A DNA stretch of 64,000 nucleotides. It comes from an uncultured Gammaproteobacteria bacterium. Lineage in GTDB: Bacteria; Patescibacteriota; Microgenomatia; UBA10105; UBA927. Shown here piece by piece: positions 39,047-49,608 of this stretch (positions are counted from its first letter, which is position 1; each line of letters starts with the position of its first letter). The translations under genes were made by a program, and so were the position numbers. Location of the stretch: positions 11,121-75,120 of the forward strand of contig CAYGFH010000006.1 in NCBI GenBank assembly GCA_964349125.1, in the 5' to 3' direction. The notes below the pieces were generated by a model. That model was not told where the DNA came from, made no database searches, and saw only the letters and a program-made list of their open reading frames with translations.

Positions 39047-42000
39047 TTATGCGATATTGTGGTCGCGCTTAAACCATTCGTAATATACGACTGGGATAAA
39101 CAGCAGCATGATGGTGCTTGCAATCAGAAGTCCGGAAATGATGGCACCTCCTAATCCCTGCCAGAGGGCACTGGCGAGTGTAACAGGCAGTAATCCGAAT
39201 ACTGTACAGAGTTTCGTCAGAATGATCGGTTCCATGCGGCTGGTGCCGGCGTCTGTAATTGCTTCGGTGAAGGGCATACCTTCCTTGAGGTTCATATTTA
39301 TCTTATCCACGATAAACATCGAGTTAGTCACAACGATACCAAAGAGGGATAATACGCCAATCAGTGCCGGGAATGACAGCGGTGTCCCGGTCAGCGCAAA
39401 AACGAAAAACACACTGGAAACCGCAAGCGGAATCACGAGTAACACGAGAACAGCTTGCCTGTACGACTGAAATTGCACAACCATAGTGACGAGAATCAGT
39501 ATGAATGCCAGTACCATTGCCTGCAGGATAGACTGTACAGACTTTCGGTTTTCGTCATTTACACCGCCTGTTTTCCAGCCGTACCCATTTTCCATTTTCA
39601 TATTTGTGGCGAATTTCTCAAGCTCTGCATTTTTTTGTGTCGTATTAAATCCTGCACGTACCGACGCCGATACCGTAATAGTTCGTTTCCCGCCCTCGCG
39701 GGTTATGGCCGTTGGATTTGATGCAGTGCGTATGGTTCCCAATCCGAGAATTGGCACATTTCCTTGTGTTGTCGGAATCATAATTGCTCCGATGGTATCT
39801 GGGGATTTTGTACCTCCCGCAAATGAAAACACAATGTCCTTTTTATCTTTGATACTGGTATCAAACTTAGCATCAGACAGGGTAAAACCACTGGCAAACG
39901 ACCGAAGCCATAGTGCGACACTGTCAGGAGTCAGACCATATTGATTCAGCTTCTTCTGGTCGGGCACAAATACAAGCTTGCTGGTTCCCGTTTTTACGCT
40001 TTTTTGCACATCACCTACGCCCTGCTGTGTTCCCAGATATGACACAAGCGTATCTGCATACCTGTTCAGTTTTGTCAGGTCATCCCCATATAACTGCATT
40101 TGTAAATCACTCCCTGCTGGAGGACCGCCTGATACTTCTACTATCGATACTTTCCCTTTTGTGTATTGCGCATACTCTTCCCGAAGTTCTTCAGCAATCT
40201 GTATCGATGATTTCTTGCGATCTTCTTTTTCTTTCAGATGGATTGTAAACCCGGCTATAGAATCTCCGGAGCTCCCGCCACGTGCTCCCATCCCGGAGCC
40301 AACCGAAAGTGTAACAAAATCTGATTCGGGTATATGACGGAGTTCTTCAAGTAACTGAAGTGACTCTGCGGAAGTTGTCGTCACATTGGTTCCGAGCGGA
40401 TATTCCACATTTAGATAGAGCGTTGTGCTGTCATCCTTCGGAAAGAATTCATTCTTCACAAACCCCATAGGAAGTAAAGCAAATGCCCACACAGCATAAA
40501 AAACAATTGCAAACAGCACAAATCGTCTGGATTTTTTGGAGTGCAATATCTTGGTGATAAGCCAGTGATACTTTTTCGCTATAACATCTATATCAATCAT
40601 GCCGTGATCGATATACTGGGAAATTCTCGGCCAGTATGACTGTATTCTTTTGTGACCTCGTATTCGGGTAGCAAGCAGCACTGACAACACTCCATATGTT
40701 CTCCTGACGACAAATAGCAGTATGAGATACAGCATGGCGATGAGCGGGAACAGTGGATTTGCTTTGAATACCGAGAGAAACACTGCACTGATCAGAATAA
40801 TGCCAACTACTTTGCCAAACACTTTAATGCGCTCTGCAATTTCCGGTTTTAGGATCACAATCATAAACGGCAATGTTATAAGAACCGCAATGGCAGTGGA
40901 TGAGATCATAGTGACAGTCACGACGACCGGTATAGGTTTAATAAATTCGCCAATAATACCGCTTGCCAGAAGGAGTGGTACGAATGACCAGATCGTGGTA
41001 ATCGTTGTTGACCAAATTGGCACAATTGTATCACGCCAGACTATGCGCCCCGTTTGCTGTGGAGTGAATTTCTTGGTCTTGAAATAACTCGTCATAGCGG
41101 ACACGACAACTATGGTATCGTCCACCAGAAGTCCTAGCGCCAACAGAAATGCAAACATGGAAAGAAAGTTAATGGACATGCCGATGACCCGCATAAACAC
41201 AAAGGCAGCCAAAAATGTGAGTGGAACAGTGAGCGATGCGATAATAGCCTGCCTCAGGCCCAAAAAGACAAACAGACAGGCAAACACGAGAAGGATCGTC
41301 GAACGGAATTCTCCGAGCAGTTCAAAGAATTGATCATCAATTTCTTTTGCCGCATTGGTAATCGTGGTAACCGCGTACGTTGTGCCATAGGGAGCGAGAG
41401 TTTCTGTTACAGTTTTTTCCACTACGGAAGCTGCTTCATCGATATTTGCGCTTCCTGATTTGTGAACACTAAATGTGACAACCCTACGCGGATGTGTCTC
41501 TTTGCTGGCTTCGAATGCCGACCGTTGGCTATGGGCGGACTGCTCTCTGACAATCGCGATATCCCCCAGTGACACTGTTGATTGGCCCACACGAATGGTC
41601 AGGTTTCGGATATCTGATATTGACGTGATTTGAGGATCAATCGCCAGAGAGAATGTGTTTCCCGATGTCTCTACTGTCCCTGCCGGGTAGGATACGATAG
41701 ACGATCGGATCTGGGACGAAAGAAGCGCAGGGTGTATCCCGTATTGTCGTATAGCCTCGGGTCGTACTTCCACGGCAATTTCCTGCTTTTCAAATCCACT
41801 CACTATAACACGATCAACCTTTGGAGTATTCTCTATATTCTTTTTAAGAAGTTCTGCCATACGCATGAGACTCGGTACATCCGGTGCCGAAAGGGCAAAC
41901 GTCCATATCGGCTCGTCTTCAAAATCCAACGCCTTTACCTGAGGTGTGAGTGCATCCTTTGGAAGGCCTGATGTGGCATCTACAGCTGACTGTACATCTG

Positions 42001-42385
42001 CCTTGGCTTTGTCCTGCGTGACACTGGAAAGAAATTGCAGCGTGATTGCAGATACATTATCAAGAGATGTGGACGTAAGGGTATCTATGCCTGCAATATT
42101 TTGCAGACTTTTCTCAAGCGGGATTGTCACGAGTGATTCCACATCAGAGGGAGATGCTCCAGGGAGTGCCGTAATTACTGTAACAATGGAAATTTTTATC
42201 TCGGGATTTAGTCTGCGCGGGATAGAGAGATAACTCACAAATCCCAAAAACAATATAGCAATCACCGAGAGAATGACAATGCGCATGTTGGAAATGTAGT
42301 TCCAGATTGCATCACCTGTTAGTTTGGCATCATAGGTTATGCGCTCGAAATATGATCCGTGATTGTGCGTTTTAGGTGCCTTCAT
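39047..42385 (-). CDS. RND superfamily efflux transporter permease (AcrB/HAE-like)
   Basis: 1112 aa. It has the 12-TM duplicated architecture with two large extracytoplasmic loops, typical of RND pumps. Confidence 0.9.
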   Translation of the reverse strand: MKAPKTHNHGSYFERITYDAKLTGDAIWNYISNMRIVILSVIAILFLGFVSYLSIPRRLNPEIKISIVTVITALPGASPSDVESLVTIPLEKSLQNIAGIDTLTSTSLDNVSAITLQFLSSVTQDKAKADVQSAVDATSGLPKDALTPQVKALDFEDEPIWTFALSAPDVPSLMRMAELLKKNIENTPKVDRVIVSGFEKQEIAVEVRPEAIRQYGIHPALLSSQIRSSIVSYPAGTVETSGNTFSLAIDPQITSISDIRNLTIRVGQSTVSLGDIAIVREQSAHSQRSAFEASKETHPRRVVTFSVHKSGSANIDEAASVVEKTVTETLAPYGTTYAVTTITNAAKEIDDQFFELLGEFRSTILLVFACLFVFLGLRQAIIASLTVPLTFLAAFVFMRVIGMSINFLSMFAFLLALGLLVDDTIVVVSAMTSYFKTKKFTPQQTGRIVWRDTIVPIWSTTITTIWSFVPLLLASGIIGEFIKPIPVVVTVTMISSTAIAVLITLPFMIVILKPEIAERIKVFGKVVGIILISAVFLSVFKANPLFPLIAMLYLILLFVVRRTYGVLSVLLATRIRGHKRIQSYWPRISQYIDHGMIDIDVIAKKYHWLITKILHSKKSRRFVLFAIVFYAVWAFALLPMGFVKNEFFPKDDSTTLYLNVEYPLGTNVTTTSAESLQLLEELRHIPESDFVTLSVGSGMGARGGSSGDSIAGFTIHLKEKEDRKKSSIQIAEELREEYAQYTKGKVSIVEVSGGPPAGSDLQMQLYGDDLTKLNRYADTLVSYLGTQQGVGDVQKSVKTGTSKLVFVPDQKKLNQYGLTPDSVALWLRSFASGFTLSDAKFDTSIKDKKDIVFSFAGGTKSPDTIGAIMIPTTQGNVPILGLGTIRTASNPTAITREGGKRTITVSASVRAGFNTTQKNAELEKFATNMKMENGYGWKTGGVNDENRKSVQSILQAMVLAFILILVTMVVQFQSYRQAVLVLLVIPLAVSSVFFVFALTGTPLSFPALIGVLSLFGIVVTNSMFIVDKINMNLKEGMPFTEAITDAGTSRMEPIILTKLCTVFGLLPVTLASALWQGLGGAIISGLLIASTIMLLFIPVVYYEWFKRDHNIA

Positions 42386-42390
42386 AGAGA

Positions 42391-43851
42391 TTATTCGATG
42401 TTCACAGATTCATCACTGACCACAGCTCGGCTTGTAATGATATGCGATTCTTTGGATAAGCCTGATAATACCTCGACATACTGACCAAATACCTGGCCTA
42501 GCTTCACCGGTATACTTTTTACTACATACGCTCCCGTTCCAGATGGCGTAGCCACGTAGACATAACTCTCCGTCGCGGTCTGATATAGAGCATCAATCGG
42601 CACAAACGGAACTGCACTCATGGATGCCTTGGCTCCAAGGGAAACCTGCACCGACACCGTTGAACCACTGGCAAAGAGAGATTCTTTCTCACTCGGTACA
42701 CTAAAGACTACACTGTAGAGAGCGCCATCGGTCGGCTGTGTGGATATGTACCTGGGCAAAAGGTCCAGGTATTCCATTCCGACGGTAACAGTACTCGGCT
42801 CAATACGAGATATATTTTTCGCTGTAGCTTCAGGGACTAAAAGCACAATCGATGAAGTCTTTTTGACACCTGTGATGGTCGCAAGTACTGTTCCGGAGCT
42901 CACATTCATTCCGGGAGTCACGTTCACCCGTTCTACTGTTCCTGCAAACGGAGATGCAGGAAACATAAGGCTTTCAGAAATCTGGGCAACTCCCAGGTTG
43001 AGTTTTGCTAATTCCCTGTTTAGATCCAGTGATTTTTCCTGGATGGCTAACTGTGCGATGGTGAGGTCATGCTGCTTATTGGATAACTGCGTGGGAGCAT
43101 TATCACTGCCTACCTGATATTCAGCATTTGCCACGGCGACGCGCAGTGAATTAATGGCTGATTGTGCACCAGATTGCCCCTGTTTTGACTGCAGGATAAG
43201 GCTGTCATTTGCGCCACCCACATTGGTGGACTCCAGATACGCGATTTGCGACACCAACGAATCGACAATTTGTTGATTGAGTGTTAACAGATTTTTGGTA
43301 TCACTTATAGAGTTATTCGTGATATTCCGAGTATCCCCCGCTTGTTTCTGCACACTATCGGCAATTTCTCTTTGCCTGACTATCAAATCTTTTTGTGCAT
43401 CGTACGTACTGTTGACGAATTCATAATTCTTTTGAGCAATTTGCCGTGTAACACTCGGAAGTGTTCCGCCCTGATAGTTTGTTGAAAGCCACATAAGGGC
43501 TGTGCCGCGATGCACCTGGGCTCCTTCAGTTACGTACACCTGCTGCACAACTCCTGAAGTTTGGGCGATAATTTTGACGACACCGCTCGTTTCGACCTGG
43601 GCCGTCATAGTGACACGAGGGGCTGTGCCCACATTGTACACAGACACCACTTTAGGACTTACCGATTTTTTCTCTGTTTTTGTCTTTGGCTTTGATAGCA
43701 CAGATCCGACGAGTATACTGAGAAATAAAACGCCCAACACGCCAAAAAATGCGTATGCCGGATAGGTAATGATCGTCCGTGTAACACGTTTATACAGTGA
43801 TCGGGTTACTGTATGCGCCTGTGCGTATGACTGTTTCAGAATTTTTTTCAT
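42391..43851 (-). CDS. efflux adaptor / membrane fusion protein (HlyD family)
   Basis: 486 aa. It has an N-terminal TM anchor, a barrel-sandwich/coiled-coil region and a beta-barrel C-terminus. It is immediately upstream of the RND gene. Confidence 0.7.
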   Translation of the reverse strand: MKKILKQSYAQAHTVTRSLYKRVTRTIITYPAYAFFGVLGVLFLSILVGSVLSKPKTKTEKKSVSPKVVSVYNVGTAPRVTMTAQVETSGVVKIIAQTSGVVQQVYVTEGAQVHRGTALMWLSTNYQGGTLPSVTRQIAQKNYEFVNSTYDAQKDLIVRQREIADSVQKQAGDTRNITNNSISDTKNLLTLNQQIVDSLVSQIAYLESTNVGGANDSLILQSKQGQSGAQSAINSLRVAVANAEYQVGSDNAPTQLSNKQHDLTIAQLAIQEKSLDLNRELAKLNLGVAQISESLMFPASPFAGTVERVNVTPGMNVSSGTVLATITGVKKTSSIVLLVPEATAKNISRIEPSTVTVGMEYLDLLPRYISTQPTDGALYSVVFSVPSEKESLFASGSTVSVQVSLGAKASMSAVPFVPIDALYQTATESYVYVATPSGTGAYVVKSIPVKLGQVFGQYVEVLSGLSKESHIITSRAVVSDESVNIE

Positions 43852-43855
43852 AGTG

Positions 43856-44296
43856 TTACTCCAATCTGATCTTACCGACCAAGGTTTCTACAAGGCGCGC
43901 CTGCGCATTTGTGAGTCCGAGCGTATGACTGCCACCTCCCCCGGACATAGTTTTTTTTATACAACACAACTGATTCTTGCCATCCTCCGTGATGTCTATG
44001 ACATGAGCGCGCTTATCTGCAGATTCAATACGCTGCAGATATCCCAATTTTTCCAGTTCCGATATTTTACTTGTTGCCGCGGACACTTTAATACTGAGCA
44101 ATTCGGCGATATCCGATACTGACTGTCGCTTCATCGAGACAAGACGTAGAATAATGCTCTGACTCATCACATCGCTGTTATGCGTTTTTACTAAAGCCTG
44201 TAGCTTTTTCCCAAACAAATACAGCTTGACGAGCAGTGAGAACTCATAGTCTTGCATAAGAGGCTGTATACTACGATAATCGTAGTACTTTGTCAA
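43856..44296 (-). CDS. MarR family transcriptional regulator
   Basis: 146 aa. It has the winged HTH QSIILRLVSMKRQSVSDIAELLSIKVSAATSKISELEKLGYLQR. Confidence 0.7.
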   Translation of the reverse strand: MTKYYDYRSIQPLMQDYEFSLLVKLYLFGKKLQALVKTHNSDVMSQSIILRLVSMKRQSVSDIAELLSIKVSAATSKISELEKLGYLQRIESADKRAHVIDITEDGKNQLCCIKKTMSGGGGSHTLGLTNAQARLVETLVGKIRLE

Positions 44297-44313
44297 TAGA
44301 AGGGATCACTACG

Positions 44314-45252
44314 CTAGGGCAGTTGCTCCAGAGCGCACCCATGATGTTGTACCGCTTTCACTGCGCGTTTTATAGCCGCAACAAGTGGGTCTAACATATC
44401 GTGCCGCAAGAGCGCATCCACAATCATTGGTCCTACATATAATAGATCCTGGGTGAGTAGTACAGGACTGATATCGACGCCACGGTTTAGATATGCGATA
44501 AGTGGCCCGGCGATCGTCGGTACCAACCAAGCAAGCCTGACAAAGTACGCGCTTTTTCGCAGTTCGAATCCTAACACTGACGAGAGTATGTTGGATTCTA
44601 CAGTCAAATACGGTTTTCCATGAAGTTTGCTGTCTATATCCTGCTCGGTTTTCGCGACTGCCAGAGCGAGGGTGCTAACGAGCAGTGCTGTTATCCCGGC
44701 GTCTGTAGACATCCATTCCGGCAATCCATGAGACACTGACGCCACTGCGACAAGCCCAATTAATGGCTTTGTTGCCAGCTCTCCAACAGTGAGACGAGCC
44801 ACCACAGATTCCAGTATATTTTTTGCTGTATCTGGGTGTTCATGTAGTATGTATGTAAGTGAATCCACGAGGGTACGCACTTGGGGATCCTTATGCATAT
44901 GCCCTAGATCTTTCCACATGGATATTGTGTGTTTTGCCCTCAGTATAGGGTTTTTTGAAACAGCCACATGTCCGTTTGTAGACTGATGGTCGCCTGTAAG
45001 CACTCCATGAAACTCACGGGCAACTGCTTGAATTTCTTTGGCAGTATCTCCAAATGCATCTGACAGTATTGTCTCATGTTCAGACAGAAACGCATCAAAT
45101 GTGGGAACTGTTTCCCCGCTTTGCGATACGAATTCGTAGGCGACCAGGCAATTCAACGCGAGCTGCAAAATATCCGCATCTGAGGCGTGTGTATGAACCA
45201 CGTGAACGAATTCACGTTTTGCATGGGCACTGTACACAGATTCCCGTTCCAT
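44314..45252 (-). CDS. hypothetical protein, leader gene of MarR-MFP-RND operon
   Basis: The track ORF (to 45402) overlaps the Nudix gene, so I trimmed the start to the internal Met MERESVYS. The C-terminal half has hydrophobic helices. There is no recognisable motif. Confidence 0.35.
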   Translation of the reverse strand: MERESVYSAHAKREFVHVVHTHASDADILQLALNCLVAYEFVSQSGETVPTFDAFLSEHETILSDAFGDTAKEIQAVAREFHGVLTGDHQSTNGHVAVSKNPILRAKHTISMWKDLGHMHKDPQVRTLVDSLTYILHEHPDTAKNILESVVARLTVGELATKPLIGLVAVASVSHGLPEWMSTDAGITALLVSTLALAVAKTEQDIDSKLHGKPYLTVESNILSSVLGFELRKSAYFVRLAWLVPTIAGPLIAYLNRGVDISPVLLTQDLLYVGPMIVDALLRHDMLDPLVAAIKRAVKAVQHHGCALEQLP

Positions 45253-45298
45253 CCCGAGATTATAGGCTATTTTTGTTAGAAGTCGCAACCTGCCATGT

Positions 45299-45715
45299 CT
45301 ATGCAATGATCGCGTCAGCGTGCAACTGATGTAGAAGCAACACAACAGCAGGGGCAGTCTCTGGCATAGCACGATACGACTCCAGAGTAACAAATTGTAC
45401 ATCCGCTATCTCCCCTGAAGCGCGGATAGATCCATCATACGATCCCATAAAGCAGTGGAGCTCCACAAACACACCTTCAGGCTCGCCATATGCCTGTGCC
45501 ACAAACACGCCATAGAGAGAGAGTGACGACTGGTCAAGTGAGATTGAGAGTTCCTCTGACAATTCGCGACATACCGCTTCTATATGGGACTCACCGGTCT
45601 CAATCTTTCCACCCGGCAGGTAAAACGCGCGCTTATTCCGGGACCGGACAAGCAGAAGTTTCGAATCTTTGATAATGCAAAAGGCTGCGGCGACGAACCG
45701 TTGAGTCTCTGGCAT
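45299..45715 (-). CDS. NUDIX hydrolase
   Basis: 138 aa. It has the Nudix box GGKIETGESHIEAVCRELSEELSI. Confidence 0.75.
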   Translation of the reverse strand: MPETQRFVAAAFCIIKDSKLLLVRSRNKRAFYLPGGKIETGESHIEAVCRELSEELSISLDQSSLSLYGVFVAQAYGEPEGVFVELHCFMGSYDGSIRASGEIADVQFVTLESYRAMPETAPAVVLLLHQLHADAIIA

Positions 45716-46654
45716 TTAGGATGTGGGATTAAACGAGCGGTACTTTGCCACTTCATCTTTGTTTCCCATGGCGATCGGTACACGCTGATCGTGTTTCACA
45801 GGCGTGAGATCAAGAGGATCATTCATACCGCTTGTAGCATCCCCACCTGCTGTTTTCATCAGAAACGACAATGGCGCTACTTCATAGAGCAAACGTAGTT
45901 TTCCACTCGTATGCTTTTGATCAGCAGGATAGATAAATATGCCGCCTTTGAGCAGTGTGCGATGAATATCACCGACCATTGACCCTACATACCGTGTAGA
46001 GTATCCGCCTTCCTGTTTGATGGCAGTCACATAATTTTTCTCCGCCTCGTGAAACAGTTCCCAGTTTCCTTCGTTTATGGCATAGTATTTCTTTTCTCCA
46101 ACTCTGATGTTTTCGTACGAAAGAACAAACGTCTGTCTGTCAGGGTCAAAGGTAAACCCGTTTACCTTTCCTGCCGCCGCATAGAAAAACATCATGCTAG
46201 CGCTATAGAGGACATATCCTGATGCCACCAGTGTCGAACCCTTTTGGAGAATACTGTCAGCTTTTGGATACAAGCCGAATATAGTACCTATCGGCAAATT
46301 GGTGTCTATGTTCGATGAGCCATCCACAGGATCATGCGTGAGTGTATAGATACCCGTGCCATTTCCTGATACTTTAGGCTCGGCAAGCTCTTCAGAACCC
46401 ACAGCATGGATAGCAGGACAGGCAAGTAACGCATTGGTCAGTTGGTTATTTGCGTATTCATCGAGTTTCTGTACGTTTTCACCATACGCGTTAACTCCAC
46501 CGGAATCACCCTCCTGATTCAGTAGCCCGTTTCGCTGGACTTTATGATTTATATCCTTCGCGAAATTTTCAAGCACTTCAATGACCTGGAAAAACGGTTC
46601 ACCCAGATCTGCATTGTTTGCTTTTACGAAATCTTTGAGAGTGATTTTATCCAT
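45716..46654 (-). CDS. fbp: fructose-1,6-bisphosphatase class 1
   Basis: The metal-binding motif DPVDGSSNID and the C-terminal GGIFIYP region are present. The start is set to the internal Met MDKITLKDF to avoid overlap with the aldolase gene. Confidence 0.85.
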   Translation of the reverse strand: MDKITLKDFVKANNADLGEPFFQVIEVLENFAKDINHKVQRNGLLNQEGDSGGVNAYGENVQKLDEYANNQLTNALLACPAIHAVGSEELAEPKVSGNGTGIYTLTHDPVDGSSNIDTNLPIGTIFGLYPKADSILQKGSTLVASGYVLYSASMMFFYAAAGKVNGFTFDPDRQTFVLSYENIRVGEKKYYAINEGNWELFHEAEKNYVTAIKQEGGYSTRYVGSMVGDIHRTLLKGGIFIYPADQKHTSGKLRLLYEVAPLSFLMKTAGGDATSGMNDPLDLTPVKHDQRVPIAMGNKDEVAKYRSFNPTS

Positions 46655-46655
46655 A

Positions 46656-47570
46656 TTACTTTTCTCCTTTATATAATGCGTATGCATCATCAACTGATAC
46701 CAAATCGTACGTCAGAGCCGACACTGCGTTTGCAAACCGCACAGCCTCATCAATTGGTTTTTGATGAATATTGCGTCCTGTCGCATTACCTGATGTACCT
46801 GATGTGTGGAGTTGATCATGTAATGTTTGCAAGAAGTCACGCACTTCGACGCTGCCGCCACCCGCGCAGATAAGTTTTGTCCTGCCCGCTGCGACAACCG
46901 CTTCTTTGAGCGCAACTGCCCGGTCGCCTTCTGCCGGCTTTGGATAGTTTACCTTTGTGAAATCCGCACCCAAACATCCGGCAACTCCGGCTGCGCCTGC
47001 CACTAAGTGCGGATCTTTTTCATCCGCGAGCGCCTTCCCCCGTGGGTACATCCAGAGCACTGACATGAGTCCGTGCTGGTGTGCGTTAAACACAGCCTGT
47101 GCCGCTTCATGCAGCATTTCCCCCTCATACTCGCTGCCTGAATATACGGTATATCCGATTCCAACAATCTTAAGACCGCTGGAATTTTTAAACCTGAGCA
47201 CATCGTCAACGGTGTACCAACTGTGACTTCTGGGATCCTGCTGGTCTTTTTTCACCAAATTTGTTTTGGAGTTAAGTTTTACCAGATACGGGACATCACG
47301 GTAATCATGTCCATATCGTGCGATAAGTCCCATTTGTGTGGCAAACACACCTATTTTTGCTCGCGACGCGATACGAAACAGGTGTTCCCCATCCGCATCA
47401 TCTGAGGCGATTCCTTCCCCGTAAAAATCTTTGTTCATGTGCTCTACTTTTTGGTCACCGGCAAATAACATGAGTCGGCCTGTTCCGTGGGTAGCAAGCT
47501 CCATATTACGATCAAAATCGCCTCTTTTTTCTTCCGGAACATCTAATGGGGTCACAAATTTATCGCTCAT
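46656..47570 (-). CDS. class I fructose-bisphosphate aldolase (DhnA/FbaB archaeal type)
   Basis: 304 aa. The TIM-barrel DhnA family pattern is present (LKIVGIGYTVYSGSEYE, Schiff-base lysine region VNYPK). Confidence 0.75.
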   Translation of the reverse strand: MSDKFVTPLDVPEEKRGDFDRNMELATHGTGRLMLFAGDQKVEHMNKDFYGEGIASDDADGEHLFRIASRAKIGVFATQMGLIARYGHDYRDVPYLVKLNSKTNLVKKDQQDPRSHSWYTVDDVLRFKNSSGLKIVGIGYTVYSGSEYEGEMLHEAAQAVFNAHQHGLMSVLWMYPRGKALADEKDPHLVAGAAGVAGCLGADFTKVNYPKPAEGDRAVALKEAVVAAGRTKLICAGGGSVEVRDFLQTLHDQLHTSGTSGNATGRNIHQKPIDEAVRFANAVSALTYDLVSVDDAYALYKGEK

Positions 47571-47658
47571 AGGTATCTCCTTCTATAATTAAACGGTTGG
47601 TACAGAAATTCCCGTTAATATATTCAGCATACACTATTTTTAAACAGTCAACAACGTA

Positions 47659-48045
47659 TTATTTCCCTGATTTTTTTGTTCTCTTTGAAGCTAACAATTC
47701 TTCGAGATGCACAAGCGTCTTGTCAAGGCGATGAATTTCTTTTTTTTCATCTTCAAACAAATGCTTTGCGATTGTGGTAAACAAATAAAATACAAGTCCT
47801 ACTCCGAAAAGCACATAGAATATCGTAAAGACCTTAGCCCCAGTTGTTATCGGATGCATATCACCATACCCAATTGTGGTTAGTGTTATGACACTAAAGT
47901 ATACAGAATCAAGTGGCGTCCATCCTTCCAAATGATGGTATACAACTGATCCAACGATAACGATACCCAAAAAAATTCCCATTGCTCTCAAAACATCGCG
48001 ATCAAGCGTTCGTGCTTTTTTGATTATGCCAATAAATGCCTTCAT
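47659..48045 (-). CDS. minimal two-TM potassium channel
   Basis: 128 aa. It has the K+ selectivity filter TTIGYGD between two TM helices. There is no cytoplasmic gating domain. Confidence 0.8.
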   Translation of the reverse strand: MKAFIGIIKKARTLDRDVLRAMGIFLGIVIVGSVVYHHLEGWTPLDSVYFSVITLTTIGYGDMHPITTGAKVFTIFYVLFGVGLVFYLFTTIAKHLFEDEKKEIHRLDKTLVHLEELLASKRTKKSGK

Positions 48046-48123
48046 AATAGTATGTTTAGAAAAAGTAGTGTATCACACAATCTACTTGTTGCAAGAGATA
48101 TAACGTAGTTCTACACTGGATAT

Positions 48124-48456
48124 ATGAAATTAAATATTCGATTGTTGTACCTGTATTTGTTTTCGTTTATCGGATTGCTTGTTGTGGTAATTGGTGGTAT
48201 CAGGCTGGTTGATTTAGGGCTCAAGGTCTACGTGTTTCAGGGAGCAGATCAGTATATGATTAGTAAGCCGATGATCGATGGACCGAAAATTGCTTCTGAG
48301 GAAGCAAAAATGCAGGCTCAATTTGAGAGGGATCAACAAATTGAAATGATCAGAAACAGACAACGCGAATTTTCCGGTGCCATCGCTATGGTGCTTGTCG
48401 GACTCCCGCTGTACCTGTACCATTGGAAAAAAATTCAATCTCAAAAAAACGGATAG
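48124..48456 (+). CDS. small two-TM membrane protein
   Basis: 110 aa with an N-terminal hydrophobic helix and a second helix near the C-terminus. Confidence 0.35.
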   Translation: MKLNIRLLYLYLFSFIGLLVVVIGGIRLVDLGLKVYVFQGADQYMISKPMIDGPKIASEEAKMQAQFERDQQIEMIRNRQREFSGAIAMVLVGLPLYLYHWKKIQSQKNG

Positions 48457-49608
48457 CTAGACAATCGTATCGGACGCGAATTTCAATATCTCCTTTGCGC
48501 GGATGCTCCAATCGATCGAACGGGCAAATTTCAGCGCGTCTGCTTGGAGTCTTTTGTATACTGCATTGTCATCCAACAGTTGTTCAATAGCATTGACAAA
48601 TCGATCCGTATCCCCGATGGGAACTTTTAGGACGCCCAGCTCTCGCCGCATCGAGGGTAAATCATAAATAACACCGGGTATCCGGCAGGCAAGTGCCTCA
48701 TCCAATGCAATATTTCCCGTGTCAAAGCGTGATGCAGAGATAAACATGCTACTCGATTTAAGCACCTGGATTTTTTGTGCGCCATCCAACACTCCCAAGA
48801 ACGCGACTGAGTCTCCAAGACCTAGTTCGATAACCTGTTGCCGTAGTACGTTCTCCAGTGGTCCTCCTCCGATAATCGCCAAGGTTCGCGAGGTGTCATG
48901 ATCATGCACAGTTTTCCATATGCGGATGAGCTCTGGTATACACTTTTGCGGCTTGAATCTGCCGACAAATACGGCCGTGTATTTGATGTTCCCTGCAGGT
49001 ATAGAGGTAAAAAAATTCATATCCACACCACCATCTACCGCATGTACGCGCGACGGCAACAGGTGAGTAAGGCTGATAAGCTCTGTAGCATCATACGTAG
49101 AAGAGGTCAGTACAAACCCGTTCGACCACTTTAAAAGTTGCACAACAATTGCCTCATGTATCCAAAAAAAGAACCCTATCACCGCACCGCCAGAATATCC
49201 TCCCCCAAAATATCGTTTAGTATACACGTACATAGACGTGAGAAATACTCGGGAGCGACTCCTCAGGTACATGATGTAAGCCGGAATACTGTCCGGCAGA
49301 AAAAACGAAGAAGCAAAATAGATATCCGCGGGGATTTTAGGAGTACATATCGCATAGAGCGATGCGAGTACGGTTTTTATGAAAATAGCGGCTTCGTATC
49401 CTAACGTGTCATATATAGCAAATGGCCAGACGCGAATATTCTCTTTGGGAAATCCATGCGACTGACAATACCTGGCACAAGATTCTGTTGTGAGTATAGT
49501 GACTATGTGTCCCTCACGACTCCAACGTTTCGCACATTCAATAAATATGGTATCTCCGCCTGTAGGGGTATTTGTGTGAAAGGCAATGTTGCAGATAACA
49601 ATTTTCAT
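48457..49608 (-). CDS. glycosyltransferase family 4 (GT-B)
   Basis: 383 aa. GT-B motifs are present, including the C-terminal E-x7-E-like region (FDTGNIALDEALACRIP). Confidence 0.65.
   Translation of the reverse strand: MKIVICNIAFHTNTPTGGDTIFIECAKRWSREGHIVTILTTESCARYCQSHGFPKENIRVWPFAIYDTLGYEAAIFIKTVLASLYAICTPKIPADIYFASSFFLPDSIPAYIMYLRSRSRVFLTSMYVYTKRYFGGGYSGGAVIGFFFWIHEAIVVQLLKWSNGFVLTSSTYDATELISLTHLLPSRVHAVDGGVDMNFFTSIPAGNIKYTAVFVGRFKPQKCIPELIRIWKTVHDHDTSRTLAIIGGGPLENVLRQQVIELGLGDSVAFLGVLDGAQKIQVLKSSSMFISASRFDTGNIALDEALACRIPGVIYDLPSMRRELGVLKVPIGDTDRFVNAIEQLLDDNAVYKRLQADALKFARSIDWSIRAKEILKFASDTIV

Noticed and set aside
45253-45402. 50-codon N-terminal extension of the 44314 ORF
   Set aside because: It overlaps the 3' end of the Nudix gene by 104 bp. 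It is Cys/Leu/Arg-rich low-complexity sequence. The internal Met MERESVYS gives a non-overlapping gene.
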